Positions 1 to 12,900 of a stretch of 64,000 nucleotides of DNA are shown piece by piece. The notes under the pieces were generated by a model. That model had not been told where the DNA came from. It saw only the letters and a program-made list of their open reading frames with translations, and searched no databases. Source of the stretch: Antedon mediterranea (lineage: Eukaryota; Animalia; Echinodermata); the NCBI RefSeq assembly GCF_964355755.1, contig NC_092677.1, positions 12,112,101 through 12,176,100 of the forward strand, read 5' to 3'. The position numbers and the translations under genes were made by a program. Each line of letters opens with the position of its first letter. The first letter of the stretch is position 1.

Positions 1-561
1 TTATGTAACAAAACCTAAAAAAACTAAAGAATTACTTTTACTCTGCTGGAAAAAAAATAAAAACTTTGATTTCAATCGTTTATCTGCTTATCCAAAAACG
101 TAATATAGGAAAATATTTTATGATTTTTATTGGGAGATCATGGGCTGGCAATGATACACTTTAGGTTAAGATTTGCTGAGGCTTTATTCACCAAACCAGT
201 TCTTTTTCTTAAGATTATTTTTTTGTTGCTAAAGGAGCGGTCATGCTTTGGCCAATTTATCACTTTTGATGAGCTGTCATACATTATTTACCAGACGTAT
301 TAAAATATGCTGGCCTAAGTTGAATAAATTATGAGTAAGTTTTGTATAAGTATAGATCACCCTGAAACATGCGATGATATACGTATAATATATGTCTATT
401 GGTAAATCCAAATTAATTTTTGGTACGGTCGACAATTGGCAACATCATTTTTGTCACATAAAGTTTGATAGTGTAGACAGAGCTTTAATCATGCGTGATA
501 TATCTTAATAAGCAACTTCAAAGAATCTGAAACCTGATTATAAAAAAATTAACAGAATTAC

Positions 562-900
562 CTCCTTCGTTTAGAACAATACTGTGTACAGTTGTACTTT
601 GGCCATTCATTTCCAGACGGCAGTTATACTCTCCACCTCGAGGTAGATTAGGGTTTATTGTGAGTTTTCTTTGATATTGATATGGAAAGGTTGCTATTGT
701 ATCATCGGGAAGGTCAGAATTTTGTCCATTTGATGAAGATGGTAAGATTTCAAGGTCTTTTGTGCTATAACTTGTTAATGATAGTAAGGTACCAATGAAG
801 ACATTGCTTGAATCTCTACTCAAAATGTAACACCTCATTATATTGTGTATTTCGTTGTTGAGTTCTGGATTGGTCAATATTACTAAGTTCAATGGTCTAT
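562..900 (-). CDS. Exon: Ig-like domain (resembles the Tie-type N-terminal Ig)
   Basis: tttcag|AT...GAG|gtaatt, 339 nt. IMRCYI...[18 protein letters not shown] carries a GxYxC F-strand motif. Confidence 0.7.
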
Positions 901-3900
901 CTGAAAAAACAAACAATATAAAATTAATGAATGTTTATGAGTTGAATAGTGAGAATAGAGTTTAAAGATTTGTTCTATTTAACGAGGTGGAGCTGGGTTA
1001 AATAGAACAGGTCATCTTCAAGGTTAAAAATAGACATATTATAAGAACTCAATCACAGCTCGAAAAGTGGTCCATCACGGAGAAGGACCAACCAATAAGG
1101 CTGCATTAATGGACCAATCAGATACGTCCGTTTGAAGCCCCACCCATGCAGTCATCACGCATTGCATTGTAGCATGTTAAGGGCATCAACCCTAGAATAT
1201 ATTCTTATACGATCCATATATGCAAAAATTGAAGTTTTTTACCAAGAAATTATTTATTTTATTGCCATTCACAATAGAGTTAATTTTTAAAAAAGTTATT
1301 AAAACAAGCATGAATGTGCGATACTCGGGGTATAGCAAAAGAAGCTGTAATGACGTCATAAGAAGGGATGTAACGTCACATACACCTCATTAACCTCGCT
1401 ACCAAATACGTATATATTCCGAAAAGTTACGTCACATAACCGGAAATGGCATACTTTTTATTTATTTTGTTTTAAATACCTGGTGGGGTTTGGGGACTGC
1501 AGCACAGTTTATGACAGTATTTTAATAAATACCCGTCACAATGATCGGTTGTGCTTCTGCCATCAAGCATCAAGGACACAGGCTTTTCATTCAATAGCCA
1601 TCAGATTACCCCATGTCTGGGACCAACTTCCGAAATCATTGACAGATGCTGCAGTCCTAGAAAGCCCATCAGCCTTCATTAGAAAAGTTCACATTCATTG
1701 TGTTTCGCTTTAACTGTCTTTTTTGTGTAAACCGTCTTGTTGGGTCAACCGGCTCAGCTGCAATGATTAGGTCCATTTGAGGCTTAGGGAGTGGAGCACT
1801 AGGTCAGGATTGAACCCTGGATCTTGGGATTGGAAGGTTAACCACCAAGCTACAGCTCCACTGCATTAGTAAAATATTTAGGAACAAATTGATAAAATTG
1901 ATCTTGATTTCTAGATAATTTTTTGCTATGTTTGTAATCATATGGGAAAAAAAGCTTACCATAAACTATAGACACATCAGTTGGATCCTGTTTGAGGTAG
2001 GGTGCTAAAAAAGAAATTCAGAAGTTTAGAAATTACATTTATTCAGAAATTTAAGAGATTATATTGGGAATTTAACTACTTCAGGAAAAAGAAATGTTTG
2101 AATTTTTATTTAATGTCTTCTATTTTTCAATTTAACCGAGTACATACACAACATATAGTACCTCTATACCTTTAAACTTAATGTGAAAATGTGGCATAAG
2201 GCACAATTCTTCTTCATCTTCAAGATTCGAGTTAAGTATGAATAAAGTCAATATAAGTAAAATCTTTAAGAAATGAAGTACCATGGATATTATAATATCC
2301 CTACAGCTACACAGCAACAACACCTAACTATCAATAATGATATTGCAATTTGAAATCAATAAGTACAAACAATACAACCTTCATAGACATATTGTATGAG
2401 TAATTTGATTGGACATTAAGGGTCACATGATATTTATTACTTGGTATATGCTGTAATAAGAAATGTAAATAATAATGAAGAATCGGTTTGTTTATCATTT
2501 TTGTTTACATTTTTTTCTTTACCATATTTCATATATCATTAGGGATCTTCAGAGGTTCACAAGACAAACACAAGATGCTCTACATAAAAAAAGTCTTATT
2601 ACAAGTCTTTGGGAGTGGAGTTGTAATTTTGTCCTTAGAAAAATCCTGACATGTGACGGGACTTGAACCCAGGACCCTTGGAGTGGTAGCCAAGCATCAT
2701 AACCACCAAGCTACAACTCCATTAAGATTAAGAATCATTTAATCAAATGACAAGGTCTGTCTACACTATCAAACTTTATAGAACAAAAAATGTGATGTGC
2801 TCATTTATGGTGATGATGTGATGACCACTATCATTTTTGGAAATATCACTACCATATGGGCACATCTAGCTTAATGAACAGTATTTATCTGTTTTTGTAT
2901 ATCTCAGAGCAAACTATGTATATTTTATATGCAAATGACAATAAATAGAAATAAACTGATAATAAACAATAATAATACTAATAATATGCTTTACCATATT
3001 CACAGCATATATGTTTTGGAAATGTACAAGGATAGTCATTAAACCATGCTACATGGTTTTCAATACAATTTTCATTACCACCAGCATTATTTGGTTCACC
3101 ACTTCCAAAAGCTGAGAATTCAATAATATATGATATTAATAATGATATGAAAAGTAGCAAATCAATTGCACTCTGACCTATTATTATGTCATTTGTGGCA
3201 CTTCAAAACTAGTCTGGTTGTAAATACATTTATTTTAAGGGATTAAAATTATTCTACTGTGGTTGCTGCAGTAACTACATCTGTTTGCAATAGTAGATGC
3301 TTTTAAGTTATTTAGTTATGAGGTAGTACTTGCAACAGTGTGAATAATTTTATTAAACAGGTTTAAGACAAAATGTAGTTACTCAGTTACCGTGCAGAAT
3401 AATTGTTACATGGTTCCTTTATTCAAACAATTTAGGACTGATTGAACCTTAAGGAAATTCTTGTTTGGGAGTTTATAATTATTAATAATAAAAAAAAAAA
3501 TCAACCTTTGACAAATTTATATACAAAATAAAGAAAATCATAGTTCTCACGTGTATAATCACTCCATGGACTATAATCAACCATCCATTCAAAGAAGCCT
3601 TCAATATTTCTATCATGCAATGCGATGAAAAAACGTGCATTTATTTGAGAATAAACAAATGTCTGCTCTTCTGCATTGTTAATTACAACCAAGCCGGCAT
3701 CAAGTTCATTGCATATGTTCTCCCCGTCAGTGTAGATTTCAACACCATTGTGTACATAATAACAGGAATCTTCATAGAGTAGCCAACCATCATCACATTC
3801 AACTAGGAAAATAAAGATTACTATTAGGAGCTTTAAGGTGTGCGATGACCTATGACCTAGGAACTAGATACGTTATATTATTTCATTGTTTCTCTTGATT

Positions 3901-6900
3901 CGTCGACAACGTTTTAAGAAACTCTAGGATCAGACACCAACCAACAACACAATATGCATAGGCCCTGGGTTGAATTTCTCCATTTATTATAATTGTAATG
4001 TATTCGTTATTTTTAAATTTTGTTTATTCAAATCTTTTTGTAAAATAAACAAGACAACCGATGTGTTGATTCCTATTTTAGGCAATGCTACCATAAATAT
4101 TTACATATCAGACACTACTATAGCCATAGCACTAGTATTCTGAATATATATATATAAAATATATTAAAATATTGTGATAGCAACATGAACCAACAACCAA
4201 TTGTATGTTTAAAAAGTAAAAAAAACACATTTAAATGTGTTTTTTTTTCAAATGAATATAGAGGCATGTCATGTGATGAGTAGATGTAAAAACACTTTTC
4301 CCATCCATTGACAACAAACAAAAAGTTTATAAAATTATATTACCACAAACTGGATTAGTTGCATTTTCCATTTCTGATATATCTAAACATAATCAAAAAA
4401 TAGTTTATTAATCATAAGCTCTTTTAAATAGTCCACCAAGTTGCAAGTTTTTTTGTATCATGCCATGATCAAATGAATGAAGCATGAGAGTTTAGTGACA
4501 CAGACAGGTCTTTAACTGATTCCAAATCATTGCTCCATCTCACTTACTGGTAAAGTCAAAGAAATGTGACAATTAAAAAGAGGCCATGTTATTCTAATTA
4601 CACACATGACAAGATAAGTTTTTGAGAAACAAACATTGTTTATTGTGATTTAAGTGGCTTTTGTAATATAATTATAACAATACTATATTATTATAAAACC
4701 AAAGGCAAATTACTGAAAAATGACAATACTGTAGGCATCAGTGGCTGGATCTCAATGAAGATAATTGTATAGGAGTATTTTAAATGGTGTAACACAGTAA
4801 TACAAATTAATTAAATTTTTTATATTTTCTGTATATTTTATATTCATTTTTAACTTGTATTAAGTTGTATGTTACAGGGATTGCGGACACAAATGTGTTA
4901 TGGTGCTCTGTTGCTGTCGCAATCCCTGGACCGCTTGTTGTCGAATAAAGAAATGAAATGAAAAAATGAAATACAAAATAAAATAAGCAAAGAGGTAAAT
5001 CAAAACGTAAAACATCCAGAAAAATTAGCAGAGCTTTTGGGCAACACTAGCCCTTCATCAGTGCAATACTGAATTATAATGCATAATGATGAATGATTGT
5101 CCAACAATTTGTTTCTTACTTACCTACACACCCGAGAATTTCAAATCGCATACTAATATAGCTGTTCCAAGTGAGCGGAAGAATACGGATAAATTGAGCA
5201 TAGATAGCACGTGGAAACATATTAGTCACTGCAGTACTGGTGTCTGAGTTTCCAGTGAACACCTAAATAGATAGCAAATATAACAAAATAACAGGTCACT
5301 AAGAAAATTACCATGCTTATTCAAATTATATTTATCTATTGTAGGATACAAAAATATTAGAGCACCAACACCTATAGTTTTAACCATAAACGCAAAAAAT
5401 AATTTGTTTGTCTTATAGTATAGCTCAAACATACTTGACATGTTATGCCATTTAAACCAAACGCTAGATGGTAAATGGTTAACTGCAATACAAAGGCAAG
5501 TCCAAAGCAAAAGAACAACATAAAGGCTTACCATGACATCACAGCTGTCATCAACAAATATATCAAAGTTGACACCATCCAGACTAGAAGAAATATGGAA
5601 GGTTTTGACATATTGAATACTATTACGTCTGCCTTGCGTGATTACACCAGTTATTTGTTTCATGCCACTAAGATCCGTCTGTATCCATTGTTCCTGGTCA
5701 AGAGATGCAGCTGACCAGGAACCACCTCCTTCTTGAGAGTTAAGTCTAGAATATTGCACTGATAATGATGCCGAGTATTGACTTGATACTGTAATTTGTT
5801 CTACGGGAATCGTGCCATCTTCTATTCCAAGTTGACTAGGACATGGTGCTGAAAGAATAATGTTTAGTATTAAAATCGGACTTCTGTTGGGAAAAGGTTT
5901 CTATTGTGTAAAGTGTAATTAATACAGGTTTTGGTGAGTGGTTTTTTGGCGAATTTTCATCTTTAAAAATGTTCATTCATTTGGCCCAAAAGCACAGGTG
6001 TTTCATACATACAACTACAGACGGCAAGTCTAGTGGACTGTAACTGAAAGGGATAAGTGAGAAAGATCAATCAATCAATCAATCATAATTATATTTTCAA
6101 AAATATTTGAGATTATTATTTTCAGATGGGTAATATAAATTTAAAAACACTACCTTGTATCTCACAGTTTTCTCCTGTGAACCCACTTTGACATATACAG
6201 GTAAAACCTCCGAAAATTTGGCTACACTCAGCAGAATTTTGACATGGGTTTGGATCACAATAATTCACTGAAATAAAAAAATTAAACAATTATATTATTC
6301 ATTTTAAATAAATTAAATTATGTACACAATATTATTTGTTTTAAAAAACTATGTTGGATAAAGAAAATTAATAGACAAACTTTTTGAGTCAAATAAATAA
6401 ACTTGATTATTAAAACACAAAATATAATGTTAAAAAAAATGTTTAATGTATTATTACTGGTCCTCAAGTTTAACTGGAAACTGAGGGAATTCGGATTAGG
6501 CCCTCCACGGACCCACGGCAGCCAGCAGTGCAGAGCCTACCAGATCAGCAAACCGGGAGACGATCCCCTAATCTTTTCGAATAGTGTACCAAGTTCTTTA
6601 ACGTGCGCTGTTAAGTACACAGGACCAACGGCTTTACATCCCATCCGAAGGATGAGGCAATGAGAGTAAAGCATGTTGCCTAAGGATGCAATTAGTATGG
6701 TACTCGAACCCATGCCTATCACATGCTAGTCCGATATTACCATCACTCTCTGGTGTATATACAGCACCCGCCACTATTTCTAGCCGGTCTCCCATCCAGA
6801 ACGCAACCGGGCCCAACGTTGCTTAACTTTGGTGGTCTGACGAGAACCGGTGTTTTAACGCAGTACGGCCGTATATGATTTTTTAATACATAATTTTAAT

Positions 6901-9900
6901 GTTAATCCTTATATTCACAGGAGTAGAAATTTTGTTTTGGTTTTATATATATTAAGATATACAGTACAAGATTCATTAGGTCCAGAACTTAAATTTATGA
7001 CAAATCTTTGTGTTTAAAGGGTCTTTCACACCAAATCAAATCAAACGTCAATGTTTTGTTTTCACGTGGCTACACGCATATCGATTGGTGCATAGCCGCG
7101 TGGAGCTTTACTCAGGTATGTCAGTTTTGTCATACTATACATAAAAAATCACGACATAATTATCATATCTATCATAAGTTTAGCATGATAAAGGGAAACC
7201 GATCCTGAACTTTATGCAGAGGTCGTGTATTGTATAACATTTTGGTGAAGATTGTATTATTTGAATTTGAAAGTCAAATGCTGATTGGTTAATTCTATCT
7301 TTATCACGTTAAAATGGGTTAATCACGTTTCTCCAGCATGTTATGGTGATTACGTTATTTGATAATTTTAGATTCACAAACAATGACAGGCTTGATCATA
7401 ATCAGTAAGCATGATCAATGGTGAATGTGAACCCACCATGATAAACTTACTACACTAATTACAGTAAGTAACAATATTGTATATGAATTGGCCTACCTGG
7501 ACATCCAAGAATATCAAATCTAATGCATGTATAACCAACATATGATCGGGGATTGATACGGATAACTCGAGCATAAATAGGATTAGGAAACAAGGTGGTT
7601 TTAGCTGTGTTCCAGTTTACATTACCATCAAATGTCTAGAAAGAAATGAATATCCTACCTTAATTATTTTGCTAACATTCAAAATAGGGAAATGTAAAAT
7701 GACTGAATGAATTAAGCTCTGTCTACACTATCAAACTAGTTTGACAAAAAAAGTGTAATGTGCCCAAATATGGAAGTGATATGCCCAAACATGGTAGTGA
7801 TATGACATCATCATGTCCATATATGGGCACATCACAAATTACAGATGCAAATTAATAAATCAAACCTTTGAGCAAATCTAGGGTTGGTTTAATTTGTTTA
7901 CAGCTTTGCCTAGAAACGTACAATTTTTTGATGAATGTGAAATACACAGAAAACAACTATAACTGATTTTTTCAACTCACTAAAGACTGTGACTAAAAGT
8001 GTGACGTGGCCAAATATGGTAATGATATGCTCAAATATGGTAGTGATATGCTCAAATATGGTAGTGATATGGCATCACCTCCATGATCATGTCCATATAT
8101 GGGTGCATCACATTTTTGTTGTCACATAAAGTTTGATAGTGTAGACAGGGCATAAGTTTATAAAAAAAATTATAAAAAAGTTTATCCACCTCGCTTTTGG
8201 ATGCGTATAACATTTATGAGTACATAAAATAAGCAATGGGATTCATGGCAATGATTGTTGCCAATAATAGGTGCCAATAAAGGTATATTTTTACATATTT
8301 GATCTGACCTGCAAAGGGAAAACAATTTAAACATTTTTACAGTCACGTTTAATATAATAAACAAAGTTACTTACCAAAGCATTACAGCTGTCATCCAAAT
8401 ATAAATCAAAGTTACTACCATCCAGACTATATAAAATATGGTAGGTTGTGACATATTGATTATGTCGGCCTTGCGTGATTACACCATTTACTTGTGTGAT
8501 CTCACCAAGATCTACCTGTATCCATTGATCTTGGTTATTATGTTGCGCACACCATGAATTGCTTTGAGAGTTAAGTCTAGAATATTGCACTGATAATGCT
8601 GCCGAGTGTTGACTTGATACTGTAATTTGTTCTATGGGAACAGTGCCATCTTCTATTCCAAGTTGACTGGAACAAGTACCTATAAACATTTATAACACAA
8701 AAAATATATTCACAATGAATGATATAATAGTATTCTCTTAGGGATTCCATGTCAAACTATTCTCTTTATTTTTTTCAAGCTTGACTATTTTTCTATTTTA
8801 CAAAACATAGCAAGGTGTCCTTTCATTTTTAACCCATACAACTTTAGAACCCTATCAAGTCAGAAAAACCTGTGTGAATGCACAGAATGGCTGTAAAATT
8901 GATGAAAGATGCGTACAAAAACCTTCTATTTACTACATACTTTTTTTATAGCATGGAGAAATGATTATTGTAAGTTGAGAGCTTTTAGGATAGCTAAATA
9001 TCTCAGATGATTTTATATATAACTACCTGAACATCCAAGAATTTCAAACCTCATGCTGATATAGTCAAACCATGTGAGTGGGTTAATGCGAATAAATTGA
9101 GTGTAGATAGGACGTGGAAATGTATTGTTCACTACAGTGGTTATGTCCGAGTTTGCGGTGAATACCTAAAAAGAAAATGTTATGTATAAATTTTAGCACG
9201 TTTTTTTCAGTATAACATAACTACTGGTAATTGGAAACTATTTCTGCTTTGAAGCTACTTCTACCACAATTGTTGGTATTTTAGAAGAAAATCTATAAAT
9301 AATAATAATAATAATAAGAGGACCTAAATAAAAAAAAGAATTATTTTAATAATTAAATTATTTATTTGGACAAATAAAATGTTGACTTACAACAGCATTA
9401 CAGTTAGTATCGTCATATAACTCAAAGTTAACACCATCCATGCTGTAAGAAATATGGAAGGTTTTGACATATTGATTAAAACCGTGCCGACCTTGAGTCA
9501 TTACGCCAGTTATTTGTTTTGTGTCACCAAGATCTGTCTGTATCCATTGATCCTGGTCGAGAGATGCAGATGACCAGGAACCACCTCCTTCTTGAGAGTT
9601 AAGTCTGGAATATTCAACCTCTAAAGATGGCGAGTGTACACTTGATACTGTAATATTTTCTATAGGAATTGTGCCATCCTCTATTCCAAGTTGATCGAGA
9701 CAAACATCGGGAACTTTGTAATAATAAATAAATTATAGTTAAGAAAAAAACACTGAAGATATGATATCAAACAACAAATGTTCAATCAAATTTACATTTC
9801 AATAAATTGTGAAATACAGAGTGACAGAGGGCGTACTATTTCAGATATCTCAAGATGTTAATAAGCTTTGACTTCAATCACATATTTTTTTTGATTGCAA

Positions 9901-12900
9901 TAAAGCTTAATTGAATAATTCAATAATGAATTGGATATAAAGTTTGTTGTACACCACGTATAGTATAGTATATATATATATATATATATAAATCCAAAGG
10001 CAAATTACTGAAAAAAATGACAATGCTGTGGGTATCAGTGGCTGGATCTCAATGGAGATACAAAAATAAAAAGCGAAAAGCTAAATCAAAACGATAAAGT
10101 AAACAGCCAGAAAAGTTAGCAGAGCTTTCGGGCAACACTAGCCCTTCATCAGTGCAAGTGATATATATATATATATATATATAAATACATTAGGCAATGA
10201 ACATTAATTCGAAACCGCCCGGTGATATACTGAAATTGAATTAATTAATTTGAAACGATAAAGATGAGGAAATCTGTGAGAATATATATATACATATATA
10301 GTATATTCTCACATGAGGAAGACCAAAGATTGAAACTTCAAAACAAACTTTATATCAAGGAAATAAGAAAGTATTAACAACAAATGAACTGAGATAGCTG
10401 TTAATTAGCTTAAAGATATATTGTCCCACAAAAACATGAAAAATAAAGATTAATTGAATCAGACTTTGAATATGTTATATTGTAGTTTTAATCAAGGTAA
10501 TCACTTCAGTATAAAAAAAACCCTAAAAAAATGTTTTCACTTTTAAAATGACAAAATAAATGGTTAAACTCAACCAAAAACCCATTATCTGGCAGCCAAT
10601 TTTACAATTTTTTTGCTTTAAATTACAGTTATTTGGTCAAAGTGGATAACTATTATGTTACATTAAAATGGCATATTCAACAAAAATGTTGTTAAGAATT
10701 ACTTTTTCAGGAGAAACAATACATCTTTAATTAGGTTTGTTAAATAGTTACCTTGTATCTGACAGGTATCCCCTGTAAACCAACTAGGACATGTACAAGT
10801 AAAACCTCCTTCTGTTGAGGTACACACGGCAGAATTTTGACAAGGGTTGGAACCACAAAAATTTACTGAAATTAAAAAACGTCAAACTTAAGCTTTCCTT
10901 TTTTAAATATGTTAACTTGCTGAAATATAACTAACTGCCCCTGCTGCTTACTTACAGAAAATACCATGTTTTTTGGGCAGGAACAGTATAAGCTTGATCC
11001 CTTCAAGTCACCATCCATCCCTTAACGTCTAGAGTATTTACAATTTTAGCAACTTACCAGATGTTTCGCATATGTCTCCTTCATATCCACTTGTACATTG
11101 GCATGTAAAACTTGCTCCTGACTGGCTACACACGCCAGCATTCTGACATGGGTTTGGGCTGCATAGGTCACCTGAAAAATAAAACAAATAGATCAATTTT
11201 CTATGAACAGCAATAGACAACTATAATTACATTTTATTTATTATGGGGTTTTCGCACAAGCATAAAACAATTACTTTAACGATATTTCCCAACATGCAAC
11301 ACGCAGGGTCCGACAACTTTGTAAACAAATTGAGCTGCGCATGCGCAAGCATTGTGGAAGACTTTAGTTATGTGCGTCGAGACCCTTATGTATGAAAAAT
11401 AGCGTCAATGATAAACGTTAACAGAAGGGTATAGAAACATGGAAGAATTATTACAATTCTGCAAAATAATTAAAGATGTATTGTCCCTTGAAACACAAAA
11501 AATGAAAAAAAGAATATTCTAAATTTAAATTGGCCATATCAAAGTAATATTAAAGTTATTCACTTCAAGTCAAAAAATTCGAGCAGAAACAACAAATTTA
11601 CGTAATTAACAGCTAAATTAATTTGATTACATTTCGTCTGAAAAATAGTCGCGAGCGAATGTAAACAAAGATTTCAAACCATGAGTATACATTGTGCATG
11701 ATGCTAATTAGGATTGTTTACAACTCGCACGGTTGAGAAGGTGTTTTCACACAGATCGCGAGGAAGTTTTATGATTATGCATACAGAGTAGCCAAATAAG
11801 CGCATTGCATTATGAGATATGTTTTGATCGAAAACTTTGACTGGAAGTCAAAGTTATTTTTTGAACAAAAAAAACGTCTGTATTTCAGTTAAATGATTTT
11901 TTTTCCCACTAATTTTTGGTGAAAGTTAATAACTATTATGATACTTCAAAATGACCAACTTTTTTTCGAAATCTTTTTTTTTTTATTTTTTTGGAATTTG
12001 ACAAAGGGAAAATACATCTTTAAGCTAAACAATAATAATTGTTCATCGCAATATGCTATTTATCATCCAATATGCATGATTAAACATGCATAGCACCAAG
12101 GTATTCCATGATTTGTTTCAATACGAGCGGCAGATGTTGCGTGCGCGATACATGCGTTCTGTTCTACACTACACTGTCGAAGCGCAAAATCAGAATGAAC
12201 AAGTACGTTAACGTAAATGATCGCTGATCTACGCTAATATGCAAATGACTAGAATGTTAACGTTTAAGTGTTCCTGCGAAAGCTCCCTAGTTACGTCCGG
12301 TGAAAACCTTATTTCTTAAAAATGGAGTCAATGAAAAACGTTAACTGAAGGGTATCGAAACATGGAAGAACATTTAAATTCTGCAAAATTGGGCTAGGCT
12401 GGTTTGTGCTGCATAGGTCACCTGAAACATTAAAACAAATAGCATACTTTTCTATGAACAGCAACATAGTATATCTATTTAGTAAGTTTTCTTTTATATC
12501 AATTCTTAAACTTACTGAGTGTTTGGCATGTATTGCCTTCATATCCACTTGTACATTGGCATGTAAAACTTGCTCCTGACTGGCTACACACGCCAGAATT
12601 TTGACATGGGTTTGGGCTGCATAGGTCACCTGAAACATAACAAAATTAAAATATTGCCTTATAAACAGCAATAAATAATTATTATGTAACTTTTCTTTGA
12701 TATCGATTCTTAAACTTACTGAGTGTTTGGCATGTATTGCCTTCATATCCACTTGTACATTGGCATGTAAAACTTGCTCCTGACTGGCTACACACGCCAG
12801 AATTTTGACATGGGTTTGGGCTGCATAGGTCACCTGAAACATAACAAAATTAAAATATTGCCTTATAAACAGCAATAAATAATTATTATGTAACTTTTCT

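Noticed and set aside
2610-2720. tRNA gene
   Set aside because: Acceptor stem not intact and several diverged copies exist, so it is a SINE head.
6757-6876. Functional 5S rRNA gene
   Set aside because: Many substitutions, single copy, no terminator, and it runs into a SINE body.
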